Positions 1-9,260 of a stretch of 64,000 bases of DNA are shown in pieces. A model generated the notes under the pieces. It did not search any database. It worked only from the letters and a program-made list of their open reading frames with translations, and was not told the DNA's origin. Positions within the stretch are counted from its first letter, which is position 1, and each line of letters opens with the position of its first letter. Where the stretch lies: the NCBI GenBank assembly GCA_035389185.1, contig DAOORK010000001.1:1006-65005 (forward strand), given 5' to 3'. The translations under genes were made by a program, and so were the position numbers. This DNA comes from Candidatus Woesebacteria bacterium. GTDB lineage: Bacteria; Patescibacteriota; Microgenomatia; UBA1400; MFAQ01.

Positions 1-128
1 ATGCCTGTTTTGCCGCCTGAGTCCATGGATGAGGCAATACAGGAAAGATTTTTGAATCCAGCTGAGAGCAGTGCTTGGATAATTATGGGGGCACCGGTGC
101 CGCCGCCTATGGTGACGATCTTTGGCAT
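1..128 (-). CDS. YvcK/CofD-family protein, 5' part (runs off window)
   Basis: Reverse-strand translation MPKIVTIGGGTGAPIIIQALLSAGFKNLSCIASSMDSGGKTG matches the GGGTG...DSGGSTG motifs. Confidence 0.8.
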   Translation of the reverse strand, partial: MPKIVTIGGGTGAPIIIQALLSAGFKNLSCIASSMDSGGKTG

Positions 129-188
129 TGCTTAGATATTAGCAGATTGAGATTATATTTGGAATTGGTGAACGAGGTAAAATAGGCT

Positions 189-806
189 ATGGAAGTAATT
201 AGTTTGGGGGAAACAAACAGAGAAGAGTTGATTGGCAGGATAGTTGAAGTGCTGAAACAGGGAGGTTTGATTGTATATCCGACAGAAACAGTATATGGAT
301 TAGGAGTAGATGCAACATCTGATGTTGCTTTGGAAAAATTGTGGGCATTTAAGGGTGAACGAGGAGACAAGCCGGTGTTGGTGGCAGTCGCCGATTTAGC
401 CATGGCAGAAAAATATACAAAATTAAGTGAATTGGGTAGGAAAGTAGCTCAAAAATACTGGCCTGGGGCGGTGGCTATAGTAGCTTTGAGTAAGAATTTG
501 GTGGCCAAAAAAGCGCAGGGACAAACAGAAACACTGGGTTTGCGGAATCCGGATAACAAAATGATGATGGAAGTGATTTCCCGATTAGAAAAACCAATTA
601 CGTCGACGTCTGCCAATATATCTGGGACGCCAACGGCGAGAAGCCTAGCTGAGTTTCAGGTAACTGTGCCTAAAGAGAGACAAGCACTAATTGATTTGTT
701 TATCGACGCCGGAGAACTGCCGGAAAATCTGCCGTCAACAATCGTGGATACAACGGGGGAGAATATAAAGATTTTAAGGCAGGGAGGAACTGAGGTGGAG
801 ATCTAA
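189..806 (+). CDS. tsaC: L-threonylcarbamoyladenylate synthase (Sua5/TsaC)
   Basis: PTETVYGLG, WPG and TSTSANISG motifs; leaderless (TAAAAT 5 nt before ATG). Confidence 0.93.
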   Translation: MEVISLGETNREELIGRIVEVLKQGGLIVYPTETVYGLGVDATSDVALEKLWAFKGERGDKPVLVAVADLAMAEKYTKLSELGRKVAQKYWPGAVAIVALSKNLVAKKAQGQTETLGLRNPDNKMMMEVISRLEKPITSTSANISGTPTARSLAEFQVTVPKERQALIDLFIDAGELPENLPSTIVDTTGENIKILRQGGTEVEI

Positions 807-833
807 AAAACCCTCCATATGGAGGGCAATTGC

Positions 834-1046
834 TTAGGTGGGTGACACAAGAAAAAGAAAAATAGTGGCCATGTCGAAGATAAAGGCCAGGATAGCAACG
901 ATTGTAAAAAAGATGTTGCGTATTTTTACTTTCAGTTTAGTGCTTTTAGTTGGATTTGGGCTATGGGCGGACATAGAAATAGCCGTCACTGTAAAAATAA
1001 AACCAAGGATCAGAGAAATAAAGAACATTAAACCAACAGTTTCCAT
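834..1046 (-). CDS. small 2-TM membrane protein
   Basis: TAGAAT, GTTCTTTAAA and SD AAGGAG upstream; two hydrophobic segments. Confidence 0.7.
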   Translation of the reverse strand: METVGLMFFISLILGFIFTVTAISMSAHSPNPTKSTKLKVKIRNIFFTIVAILAFIFDMATIFLFLVSPT

Positions 1047-1152
1047 ACAATCTCCTTTAAAGAACAGATTTGAGGGTATTCTAGCACAAAAATGCCCCGA
1101 TTATGGTCGGGGCTTGGCGGTGCGAGGGCGTTTTTGGCATACGTTGTACTCA

Positions 1153-1788
1153 TTATCTTCGGGGAGATATGCTGTCGTTAGAGACGGCGTATGTCTTTGA
1201 GTTTTTATCGCTGTAGGGAATGATGAGCTGACTTTCTTTGGTGGTGTCATTGGGGACAAAGGTTGTAGAAATACAGAATCGAACCAGAGCATGTTCGTAG
1301 TCCTCGATTTTGATTGTCAGGTCATCGACAACTTTGGCAATGATTTCCTCCCAGTGCTTCAGTTCAAGGTCGTTCCAGATTTTGAGGAAATATACATAAC
1401 AACCTTCCTTGGAGATATATCCTGTCCGACATTCCGGTCCATCGTAAACAAAAAACAAAACAGCATCTACCTTGAGGCCAGTGCCGTCATCTTTGGTGAT
1501 AGATTCTTTTTTTTGGGTTGCAAGAAAACCAAGATCCGATTCATTTTCATCATCAATGGGCGTTGGGGGAGAAAAGGAAAGGCCGATTGAGGGCAGATCA
1601 ATTAGACCATCGATGTATTTTTTGGTATCAATGTCGATGAAATAAAGGCCTTGTCGATGAAGAGAGTCAAGGACGCGAAAACAGGTGTCGTCGCGGGTGA
1701 TGGTAATGTTTGGCGTTTCAAACGATACTCTCTTGGATAAAAGACGATTGACGAGGCGTTGAAAAATGGTATTTCTTTTCGGTTTCAT
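1153..1788 (-). CDS. hypothetical protein
   Basis: 211-aa ORF with SD AAGGAGG and boxA-like GCACCCTAAAA. Confidence 0.75.
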   Translation of the reverse strand: MKPKRNTIFQRLVNRLLSKRVSFETPNITITRDDTCFRVLDSLHRQGLYFIDIDTKKYIDGLIDLPSIGLSFSPPTPIDDENESDLGFLATQKKESITKDDGTGLKVDAVLFFVYDGPECRTGYISKEGCYVYFLKIWNDLELKHWEEIIAKVVDDLTIKIEDYEHALVRFCISTTFVPNDTTKESQLIIPYSDKNSKTYAVSNDSISPRR

Positions 1789-1897
1789 GCCACCTCCTTT
1801 TTAGGGTGCGTTTGGGATGAATCATAACATAAGACAAAGAGAACCCCCACTGTTTTGGGTATTGTCATTGGGAGAGGAGTTTTGATATGCTTTTTAA

Positions 1898-2083
1898 ATG
1901 AATGTTGAAAACATGAGTTGTGAAGATAGGATTGATATTTATGAGTATGACTACCAAAGTCTTTCGCTGAATTCTTTAAAAAGTTTATTGGCGACGATTT
2001 CTGCTTGTACGGCCTGCGATGGATGCCAAGGAGAAAAGAGAGTACTTGAAGAGCTGATTGCTAAAAAGGAAGGCGGAGAATAG
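1898..2083 (+). CDS. small hypothetical protein (CxxCxxC)
   Basis: Leaderless TATGCT-6nt-ATG; 61 aa. Confidence 0.55.
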   Translation: MNVENMSCEDRIDIYEYDYQSLSLNSLKSLLATISACTACDGCQGEKRVLEELIAKKEGGE

Positions 2084-2163
2084 AATTGTCCTATATAGTT
2101 GACAAAATAGGTATTTTACGGTATGATATGGGCGTACGTTAAACCTTTTTTGTTGGAGGAAAA

Positions 2164-2763
2164 ATGTCTATTTCTGTGTTGAAAGGCCAACCGAAAAAGC
2201 TTTGGACTATTGACGAAGCCAAAGAAAGGTTGGCAAAAACAAAGATTTTGATCGAAGAGTACCCAGAAGACAGATTCGATTCTGTCAGAGCGGTATTGAG
2301 GAAAAAAGTGGCACAATTGGAGGTTAAGGCATCCGAAGAGGGTGTCAACCCCGTTGCCATTGTAAAAGCCTGCGATGACATTCGTTGGACCTTTACCAGC
2401 GAAAGATATAACAATGTTTGGAAAAAACTCCAAACAATTGATGTCAGCTGGCGAAGACGGGCGTATGCAGACAGTTACGCTCGCTTGAAGATCGCTGGTG
2501 AGGCGGCTGGGTGGCTGGCAAATCGGCCAAGCGGCTCTTCAATGAGGACAGGCATCAAAGAGATCCTGGCCATGATCGAAAGGGGTCAAGGATTGACTCT
2601 CCAACTCCAGACTCCCTGGGGAAGGTGCGATGGCAACGACTGCAAAGAGATTCTTGTACCGGTATTGGGAAAAGATGGAGCATTCCATACTTTTTCGAAG
2701 TGCCGAAGATGTTTCATCGAAAGCAGAAAATCTCAAGCCGTCAAGGAATTAATTCCGGCCTAA
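2164..2763 (+). CDS. hypothetical protein with C-terminal Cys cluster (possible Zn ribbon)
   Basis: TTGACA-17-TATGAT promoter, SD GGAGG; CxxxxC...CxxC. Confidence 0.75.
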   Translation: MSISVLKGQPKKLWTIDEAKERLAKTKILIEEYPEDRFDSVRAVLRKKVAQLEVKASEEGVNPVAIVKACDDIRWTFTSERYNNVWKKLQTIDVSWRRRAYADSYARLKIAGEAAGWLANRPSGSSMRTGIKEILAMIERGQGLTLQLQTPWGRCDGNDCKEILVPVLGKDGAFHTFSKCRRCFIESRKSQAVKELIPA

Positions 2764-2813
2764 GGAAGGTAGTGAATTGTCCCCATATCGAAAGGTATGG
2801 GGATTTTTTGTGG

Positions 2814-3623
2814 TCAAGCGCTGGAAAGCTCTTCGTTGGAGAATTTTTTGTGTTGGATAGGACGCCAGGCATCAATTGTGGGGTCCGGATTCCAAGGGCA
2901 AACAGAGCGCATCCAGTTGAATTTCTCGGTAATTTCTCCGGTAAAAGGATCGATACGTGTGTACTGAAAGATTTGACAGTTATTGATTTTGTCTTTGGGA
3001 TCGTGTGCTTTTTTGAGGGCAAGATAGTCGTCTGGAAGAAGACCTTCCATAATGATGCGAATAGGCCACATCATGTTGCCATGGCTAACAACAATACCCC
3101 TCTTATCTGGGACATCACGGTAAAGAGCATCCATGATACCTACACGGGCACGGACTAGGACATCAGCCAAAGACTCACCGCCAGGAGCCGAGAAGTAGTA
3201 AGGATTGATTTGGTGGCCTTTCATAATGTCTGGGTATTTGAAGTGACGTTCTTCGTCGGTCATGACGTCTAAGTTTCCCCAGTCGTGCTCACGTAGATAA
3301 TCGCGAAGTTTCCATTCAGCGTGGGGGAGTCCGAGGAGACCGGCGGTGCGTTTGGCCCGGCGATATGTGGAAGCGTAATAGGAGTCAAAAATGCCTCCAT
3401 TGATATTTTTTTTGATCCATTCCCCAGCACTTTTGGCCTGCTCTTCACCTTTGGGAGTGAGATTCCAAGTGGAGCTATGACGGGCGCGAAATTCTTTGGT
3501 GAAAAAACTGTCATCACCATTTTCGGCAGCTTTGGTGGCGACATTGCCTTCGGATTCACCGTGTCTAACGAACACTAACTCCAGAGGGCGAGGATTTTTC
3601 TTGGTTTGTTTTTGGGGGGACAT
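2814..3623 (-). CDS. histidine phosphatase (phosphoglycerate mutase family)
   Basis: VRHGES, LRE..WG, GGES and SHG motifs; leaderless start at 3623. Confidence 0.9.
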   Translation of the reverse strand: MSPQKQTKKNPRPLELVFVRHGESEGNVATKAAENGDDSFFTKEFRARHSSTWNLTPKGEEQAKSAGEWIKKNINGGIFDSYYASTYRRAKRTAGLLGLPHAEWKLRDYLREHDWGNLDVMTDEERHFKYPDIMKGHQINPYYFSAPGGESLADVLVRARVGIMDALYRDVPDKRGIVVSHGNMMWPIRIIMEGLLPDDYLALKKAHDPKDKINNCQIFQYTRIDPFTGEITEKFNWMRSVCPWNPDPTIDAWRPIQHKKFSNEELSSA

Positions 3624-3672
3624 GAGTTGATTGTACAAAAAAAGAGCTTGCAAAAGCAAGCTCTAGGGTTAG

Positions 3673-4842
3673 TTATATTTTGTTTTTTTGGAAACGGAGT
3701 TTCCAGTACAGTTTGGGGTTGGTGAAGAGGATTTCTGCCCAGTCAAGGCGATTTTTGAAAAAACGGGCGATGAGATGGGGCCAAAAAGCAACCTGATGGA
3801 GAAACCAGAAAGGTGAGACGGCGGTTTTTCTGATTTTGATCAGATACTCGACACATTTTTCCCTATTCCAGGCGTGAATAAGTTCTTTTTCTTTGGTGAC
3901 ATCTTCACGGCGAAAGAGGGCTTCCAGCCTGATTCTTTTTTGGTCCTTCATCTCAATGCTGATGACGTGTTTCCGCCTGCCAATAGTGAAGTTAAGGCTG
4001 TCGGCAGTGACCTGGTACCATGGAGCACAGAAAAGACAGTCTCCACCGTGATATTGATTGGAGATCTGGGTCATGATTACGTTTCGGAACCCGGCACTAA
4101 TGAAAATGCGTTTGAAGTATTCGTGCTGCAGTTTGGCCTGGCGAGAGCGGTAACACTTTTCGTGGCGGTAGGTGACCAGATGGACGAAGAGATGGTCGCC
4201 CGGTTCGATGATATGGTCATCGTCGGTTTCGATCCAACCAAGTTCATTCACTTGATGTTTATCTTCGGCTTTCCAGATCTTGTTCACGAGGATAGTACGA
4301 TCGATATATTTTTTGTTCTTCAGATTAGTTTCCCCTCGTAGAAACCAGTTGACTTCGTGATTGTCACGGTTCCACTTGGCCTTAAAGTTTGCCACAGTCT
4401 GGCCGATGAAATCCTTGGTATCGACGACTATATCTTTATGTTCAACGACAAAATCGTAGCAGTTGGGGATGGTCCAGCCCTTTTTGCAGACGGGACAGAT
4501 TTGGTCACCTTCGGGAAGCCAGGAGACACAGCATGAAGTACCGAAAGGCTCTCCCAGTTTGAGATGTCTGTCAACGAAGGTGTGAAACTCATCACGGGTC
4601 AGGACTTTAGGAATGTCGGGGAAGCGGACAATCGGAATGTCGTCGCCCTGATGGCCATCGTATTTATTGAATTGGCCATAACTATCGAGATAGAAGCGAC
4701 CCAAGAGTATCCACTCTTCCAGCCTTTCACCGCGTTGGTAACCAGCTTCGTGACGGGCAGTAATGAGATCGACAAGATTTTCCAGCGATTGCACGGCGGC
4801 GGCCATGGCAAAATGACTATCATAATCATTTCCAAAATTCAT
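3673..4842 (-). CDS. hypothetical protein (Cys/His motifs)
   Basis: 389-aa ORF; TATAAT, boxA-like motif and AAGGAGG upstream. Confidence 0.78.
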   Translation of the reverse strand: MNFGNDYDSHFAMAAAVQSLENLVDLITARHEAGYQRGERLEEWILLGRFYLDSYGQFNKYDGHQGDDIPIVRFPDIPKVLTRDEFHTFVDRHLKLGEPFGTSCCVSWLPEGDQICPVCKKGWTIPNCYDFVVEHKDIVVDTKDFIGQTVANFKAKWNRDNHEVNWFLRGETNLKNKKYIDRTILVNKIWKAEDKHQVNELGWIETDDDHIIEPGDHLFVHLVTYRHEKCYRSRQAKLQHEYFKRIFISAGFRNVIMTQISNQYHGGDCLFCAPWYQVTADSLNFTIGRRKHVISIEMKDQKRIRLEALFRREDVTKEKELIHAWNREKCVEYLIKIRKTAVSPFWFLHQVAFWPHLIARFFKNRLDWAEILFTNPKLYWKLRFQKNKI

Positions 4843-4926
4843 TTTTCCTCCTTTTTAGGGTGCGAGATAGCCCGTATTATACGACACACTGGTATTTTGG
4901 TGATAAATGGGATATAAAATTAAGCT

Positions 4927-5538
4927 ATGTCTGCACCAATAATGCACGTTGTTTTGACAGAAAAGATTTGGGATAAGTGTTTTGCGAATAAGGACAAAGA
5001 AGCCTTTTTGGTTGGTACAAGTTTCCCGGATATCAGGCGGTTGGCGGGGGTAGATAGGTCAGTGACTCATTTTGATGATGTAGATTTTGGTAGTTTGATT
5101 GGATTTGACTCGTTTACAGCCGGGTTTATGTTTCATTCGTGGGTGGATCAGGCGACACATAAATATCGAATGGAGTCGGCGATTTTTGAACTGTTTCCGG
5201 AGTCGAAGTTTATTCATGAAGGTGTCAAAATTTTCGAAGATAACTATCTTTACGATAAAGTAAACGATTGGGATAGAATGATAAGGTCTTTTGAGAGCGT
5301 AAGAGAGGAGGAGCTCAGATATGGAGCGAGCAAAGAAGTGGTTGCAAAGTGGCACGGTAAATTAAGACAGTATTTTTCGAGGAAACCGGATAGTGTAGAA
5401 GTGATTGATTCACTCATCAAGGAGCCTATTGAAGTGGCTGAAGAAATAATGAGGGTGGCTAAGGGAGTCAAAGATGAAGCAAAGGCGATCAAGATAATTG
5501 AAGAGTATTACCAAGGGTTTGGGGAGGAATTATTTTAA
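4927..5538 (+). CDS. putative Zn-dependent phospholipase C-like hydrolase
   Basis: N-terminal His (APIMH), GTSFPD and HxxxD pattern; leaderless. Confidence 0.6.
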   Translation: MSAPIMHVVLTEKIWDKCFANKDKEAFLVGTSFPDIRRLAGVDRSVTHFDDVDFGSLIGFDSFTAGFMFHSWVDQATHKYRMESAIFELFPESKFIHEGVKIFEDNYLYDKVNDWDRMIRSFESVREEELRYGASKEVVAKWHGKLRQYFSRKPDSVEVIDSLIKEPIEVAEEIMRVAKGVKDEAKAIKIIEEYYQGFGEELF

Positions 5539-5619
5539 TTTAACCCCATAATGTTGACAGAGTTAAAGGTATGTGTGATAATCTCGGGGCACAATAAAAT
5601 ATGATTTAGGAGGAGAGGA

Positions 5620-6072
5620 ATGGCAAATTCTTGTAAGATGCCCGGATGTGGCGGAGTAATTGATATGGATAAAGATATTGTCTTGCAGACCGGATGTGAT
5701 TCGTATACGACCTTTTATGCCTGCGATAAATGCGGACGCGTCCACTCGTACGAAGGTGAATTGATTTTTAATCGTCCCGGTGCGGCTGCATATCGACGAG
5801 AGGACGGTAGCCTCGAGCTGGTTGAACCGATTTCTTTTGAAGTCGACAAAGCATTTGTCCCTGGAAAGAAATACAGAACGACTGCGCATGTGGATGTTTG
5901 TCTCGAAGGAACCGATGGAGAGTGTGTGGCTGCCGATCTGGTTGAGCCGGTAAACGGCACCATTTTGATCTTCGACAGCATTGATGGTGATAAGTATCGC
6001 TTCCATGTGGAAGACGGCACTGAGTACCATCTGCACGCCAATGATCTAGACAAGATCGAAGAATTAAATTAG
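5620..6072 (+). CDS. hypothetical protein with N-terminal Zn-ribbon-like Cys pairs
   Basis: TTGACA/GATAAT promoter, AGGAGG; CxxxxC...CxxC. Confidence 0.72.
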   Translation: MANSCKMPGCGGVIDMDKDIVLQTGCDSYTTFYACDKCGRVHSYEGELIFNRPGAAAYRREDGSLELVEPISFEVDKAFVPGKKYRTTAHVDVCLEGTDGECVAADLVEPVNGTILIFDSIDGDKYRFHVEDGTEYHLHANDLDKIEELN

Positions 6073-6113
6073 TTTGAATATGCGAGGGGTAAAACCCTCG
6101 CTTTTTTGTGGTT

Positions 6114-6279
6114 TGCAGGAGTGGAAGGAATCGCCAATCAGTAAAATTCTGCTGAATTTTCTTCTTGGCACACCTCAGCGCCGGTCGTGCTTCCGGTTTT
6201 CCGATTTCTCCATTACTCTATAAACAAAAAGTTCCCCGTAAAGGGGAATCTTTTATTTATGCAGGAGTGGAAGGAATCG
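6114..6279 (-). repeat. 20-bp duplication of tRNA-Trp 3' end flanking a ~126-bp structured insert
   Basis: TGCAGGAGTGGAAGGAATCG at 6114-6133 and 6260-6279. Confidence 0.85.
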
Positions 6280-6332
6280 GACCTTCATCACAGGTTTTGG
6301 AGACCCGGATTCTACCGTTGAACTACACTCCT
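6262..6332 (-). tRNA. tRNA-Trp(CCA)
   Basis: Cloverleaf with acceptor AGGAGTG/CACTCCT, anticodon arm CGGGT-CT-CCA-AA-ACCTG; CCA end not encoded. Confidence 0.92.
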
Positions 6333-6405
6333 AAGTACTCTCGTATTTTAGCAGAAATGGAGGCGAAACGTGTGTAAAAAACCCTCCCGAAGGGGAGGGT
6401 GCAAT

Positions 6406-6906
6406 CTATTTTGGTGAAGGGTACTCGAGAACCTTGTTGGACATGAAGACAAGTTCGATACCAACTTGGCGAAACATCTCTTCAGACTCAGCACCAGCAT
6501 GGTATTTTTGTTCGCAGACAACTCGTCTAATACCGACACCGATGATAAGCATGGCACAGACCCGACAAGGAGTCATGCGGCAGTAAAGAGTGGTGTCTTT
6601 GATGGAGACGCCAATACGAGCGGCTTGAACAATAGCGTTCTGTTCGGCGTGAATGGTGCGAACGCAGTGTTGGGTGACGTCGCCGTTCTCGTGAATGGTT
6701 TCTTTTATCTGGTGGCCAACGTCATGGCAGTGCGGCAGACCCGGCGGTGAGCCGACATAGCCGGTGACCACAATGTGATTTTCGTGGACGATAACACAAC
6801 CGACCATGCCGCGGTCACAAGTGGCTCTTTCGGCAACGGTATTGGCTATTTTGATGAAATACTCATCCCAGGAAACACGCGGGGGTGTTACGGGCTGATC
6901 TGTCAA
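6406..6906 (-). CDS. dCMP deaminase (ComEB-like)
   Basis: WDEYF, HAEQNA and PCxxC motifs; TTG start after AAGGAGG. Confidence 0.9.
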   Translation of the reverse strand: MTDQPVTPPRVSWDEYFIKIANTVAERATCDRGMVGCVIVHENHIVVTGYVGSPPGLPHCHDVGHQIKETIHENGDVTQHCVRTIHAEQNAIVQAARIGVSIKDTTLYCRMTPCRVCAMLIIGVGIRRVVCEQKYHAGAESEEMFRQVGIELVFMSNKVLEYPSPK

Positions 6907-6967
6907 AATTCCTCCTTTTGTTATTAGAGTACAGTTGGCAAAAATTGTAGCAGAAAAGAATACAAAA

Positions 6968-7002
6968 TACGTATTAAGTATCATGTATCAAGTATTAGGT
7001 AT
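6968..7002 (+). repeat. degenerate 7-bp tandem repeat (GTATYAN)
   Basis: gtattaa-gtatcat-gtatcaa-gtattag-gtat; related tract at 50766-50790. Confidence 0.55.
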
Positions 7003-7018
7003 GGGAGGGAGAGGGAAA

Positions 7019-7157
7019 TTATTTAAGCTTAGACACCTCTTTGCCCAACGAGTACCTTGGACTGGAAGTAATTACCTACTTTATTTTAATTTGGAGACTT
7101 CCTTGTCCTTGGAGTACCGAGGATATCGGTGTCTTACTTTAACTTAGACACCTCTTT
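7019..7157 (-). repeat. three stacked copies of the rpmG C-terminal coding segment (KEVSKLK*)
   Basis: Copies at 7134-7157 (in gene), 7081-7104 and 7019-7042, separated by GGTACTC hairpins. Confidence 0.9.
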
Positions 7158-7307
7158 ATGCTCGGTATGCTCGCGGCAAGTGCGGCAGTATTTACTCAAA
7201 ACGAGTTTCTCGGGAGTGTTGGTTTTGTTTCTTTCGGAGATGTAATTGAAATGCCCGCATTTGGAGCATTTTAACCCTAGGTGTTGTCTTGGACCTTTTT
7301 TTGCCAT
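7134..7307 (-). CDS. rpmG: 50S ribosomal protein L33 (Zn-binding type)
   Basis: MAKKGPR..LKCSKC..NY..RNK..L.KYC..C..HT.HKE. Confidence 0.95.
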   Translation of the reverse strand: MAKKGPRQHLGLKCSKCGHFNYISERNKTNTPEKLVLSKYCRTCREHTEHKEVSKLK

Positions 7308-7378
7308 GTTTAATCGATATAGTTTTATAAGAAGCAACTGATATTTTAACACAAAAATGTTATTCTTAATCTAGCTAT

Positions 7379-8269
7379 ATGGAGACTGCCCTCAATAATA
7401 TTGCGATGGATTGGAAGGACTTCTTCGAAAAGATGTCGATTGGCTTTGCTGTACGAAAAATCATCTTTAACAAAAAAGGAGAAGCTGTAGATATGAAATA
7501 TCTGAGTATCAACTCGGTATTTGCGAAGATAACGGGGTTTGGCAAGGAAGAAATACTGACAAAGACAGCAAAGAGACTTGTTCCAGATCTTGAAATTGAG
7601 TGGTATGAAAGATACGGCAGACTACTAAAAACAGGGAAATCAATGCTGTTTGACCAAAAGGTTGAGAAATTGGGAAAACTTTTCCGAGTGTATGCCGTAA
7701 AGATCGACAAGGATAAGGTGGGAACATTTTTTAGCGATATAACCACATTTGAGAAGGCAAAGGAGTTGATTCAAGAGAGTGAGTCAAAATACCAGGCAAT
7801 TGTTAAAAGTAGTCAGGATGCAATTGTAATGATGGATGACAAAGGAAAGATTACGGCATGGAACCCAGCGGCAGAGAGAATGTTTGATTATCGACAAGCT
7901 GAGGTTTTGGGAAAGGATTTGCACAGTTTGATTCCCATGGAAAAGTCGCACCGAGAGGAAAAAGGCCGTCTTGGAGTGTTTTTTCGTTCCGGGAAAAGTC
8001 AGATACTGGGTAAAACCCTAACACTACCGGTGAGAAACAAAAAAGGCGAGACTTTTTTAATTGAACTAACGGTATCGTCAACAAAAATAGAAGGGAAATG
8101 GTTTGCTGTAGGGGTGATGAGGGATATTACCGAAAGAAAAAAAACAGAAGAGGAGTTGAAGGAAAGGGTTAGGGCTTCGGAGATTTTAAATCAAGTAATG
8201 GTGGATAGAGAATTGAAAATGATCGAGTTAAAAAAGGAGATCGCCTTACTCAGAAAAAATGGTAAATAA
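7379..8269 (+). CDS. PAS/PAC sensor protein without output domain
   Basis: Two PAS repeats (WNPAAERMF, RDITERK); C-terminal MVDRELKMIELKKE helix. Confidence 0.85.
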   Translation: METALNNIAMDWKDFFEKMSIGFAVRKIIFNKKGEAVDMKYLSINSVFAKITGFGKEEILTKTAKRLVPDLEIEWYERYGRLLKTGKSMLFDQKVEKLGKLFRVYAVKIDKDKVGTFFSDITTFEKAKELIQESESKYQAIVKSSQDAIVMMDDKGKITAWNPAAERMFDYRQAEVLGKDLHSLIPMEKSHREEKGRLGVFFRSGKSQILGKTLTLPVRNKKGETFLIELTVSSTKIEGKWFAVGVMRDITERKKTEEELKERVRASEILNQVMVDRELKMIELKKEIALLRKNGK

Positions 8270-9260
8270 CAGTCAAAAAAAAGGCATGAGATTGGCAACC
8301 AAGATGGTGATTTTGGCATCTATTTTTGCGGTTTTTTTGAGTGTCTCTTTGTTTTTTATTCTCCGAGTATGGGTGATTCCCGATGTAGAGTCTGAGATAA
8401 AAAAGCGAGTCTTGTCGTACAGCAAGATGGCGGCAGGTTTGATTGATGGGGATAGTTTGCAAAAGATAATGCCTGAAGGTCTCTCTACAAGTTCTGCCGA
8501 GTACAAGCAGATACTAAAGGTCGAGAGGGAGATGATGGCTTCCGATGGCCAGATAGATGATGTTTACACTATGGTGGCGACCGATGATCCCAATATGGTT
8601 CGTTTTGTGGTTGACGGTTTTGAAACCAGAGACTGGAATGCAGATGGGGAGGTTTCTCCTGAAGAAACAACGGCCGTTATTGGTGAAGAGTATGATGTTA
8701 CTGATATTCCTGTTTTGAGGAAGGCCTTTTTGGCAACATCAATTACGGACGAGTATTATTCCGACAAATGGGGGACATTTATGACCTCTGCATCTCCGGT
8801 AAAAAATAGTCGAGGAGTAGTGGTGGGTATTGTGGGAGTGGATATTCGATTTAGTGAGGTACTGGCACAGGAGCGGCAAATGCTGATACGGTTTGGATTG
8901 TATGCAGGGGCATTTTTGGTAATTACTCTAGTACTGGTGATATTACTTTCTTGGCTGATTGAACGAGGTGTGGGTGATTTTAATAGGTCAATTATGGAAA
9001 TTAGCGGTGAGGGAGCTACAGGTCTTCTAAATGACTCCGGAGGAGATGAGTTGTCGGAACTTTCAAGATCAATTAACAACCTAGTAGTTGGATTGAGAGA
9101 GTCAAGAGATCAATCAAACAAAAAAGTCGTGGAGAAAACGAGAAGTTTGGAAGAAAAGGTAGAGCAACTGGAAAAACTGAATAAATTAATGGTGGGGAGA
9201 GAAGTAATAATGTATGAGTTAAAAAAGGAACTGAAGGAGGCAAAAAATGAGCGGAAATAG
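8259..9260 (+). CDS. membrane Cache/HAMP sensor without kinase domain
   Basis: TM, extracytoplasmic domain (DKWG..SASPV..GIVGVD), TM, HAMP (DELSELS); C-terminal MVGREVIMYELKKE. Confidence 0.8.
   Translation: MVNNSQKKGMRLATKMVILASIFAVFLSVSLFFILRVWVIPDVESEIKKRVLSYSKMAAGLIDGDSLQKIMPEGLSTSSAEYKQILKVEREMMASDGQIDDVYTMVATDDPNMVRFVVDGFETRDWNADGEVSPEETTAVIGEEYDVTDIPVLRKAFLATSITDEYYSDKWGTFMTSASPVKNSRGVVVGIVGVDIRFSEVLAQERQMLIRFGLYAGAFLVITLVLVILLSWLIERGVGDFNRSIMEISGEGATGLLNDSGGDELSELSRSINNLVVGLRESRDQSNKKVVEKTRSLEEKVEQLEKLNKLMVGREVIMYELKKELKEAKNERK

Noticed and set aside
838-1200. Plus-strand ORF and the many other antisense or overlapping ORFs in the track
   Set aside because: Shadows of better-supported genes, with no start signals or motifs
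7019-7157. mini-CRISPR (24-bp repeats, 29-38-bp spacers)
   Set aside because: Repeats vary synonymously as L33 coding sequence and the spacers share a motif
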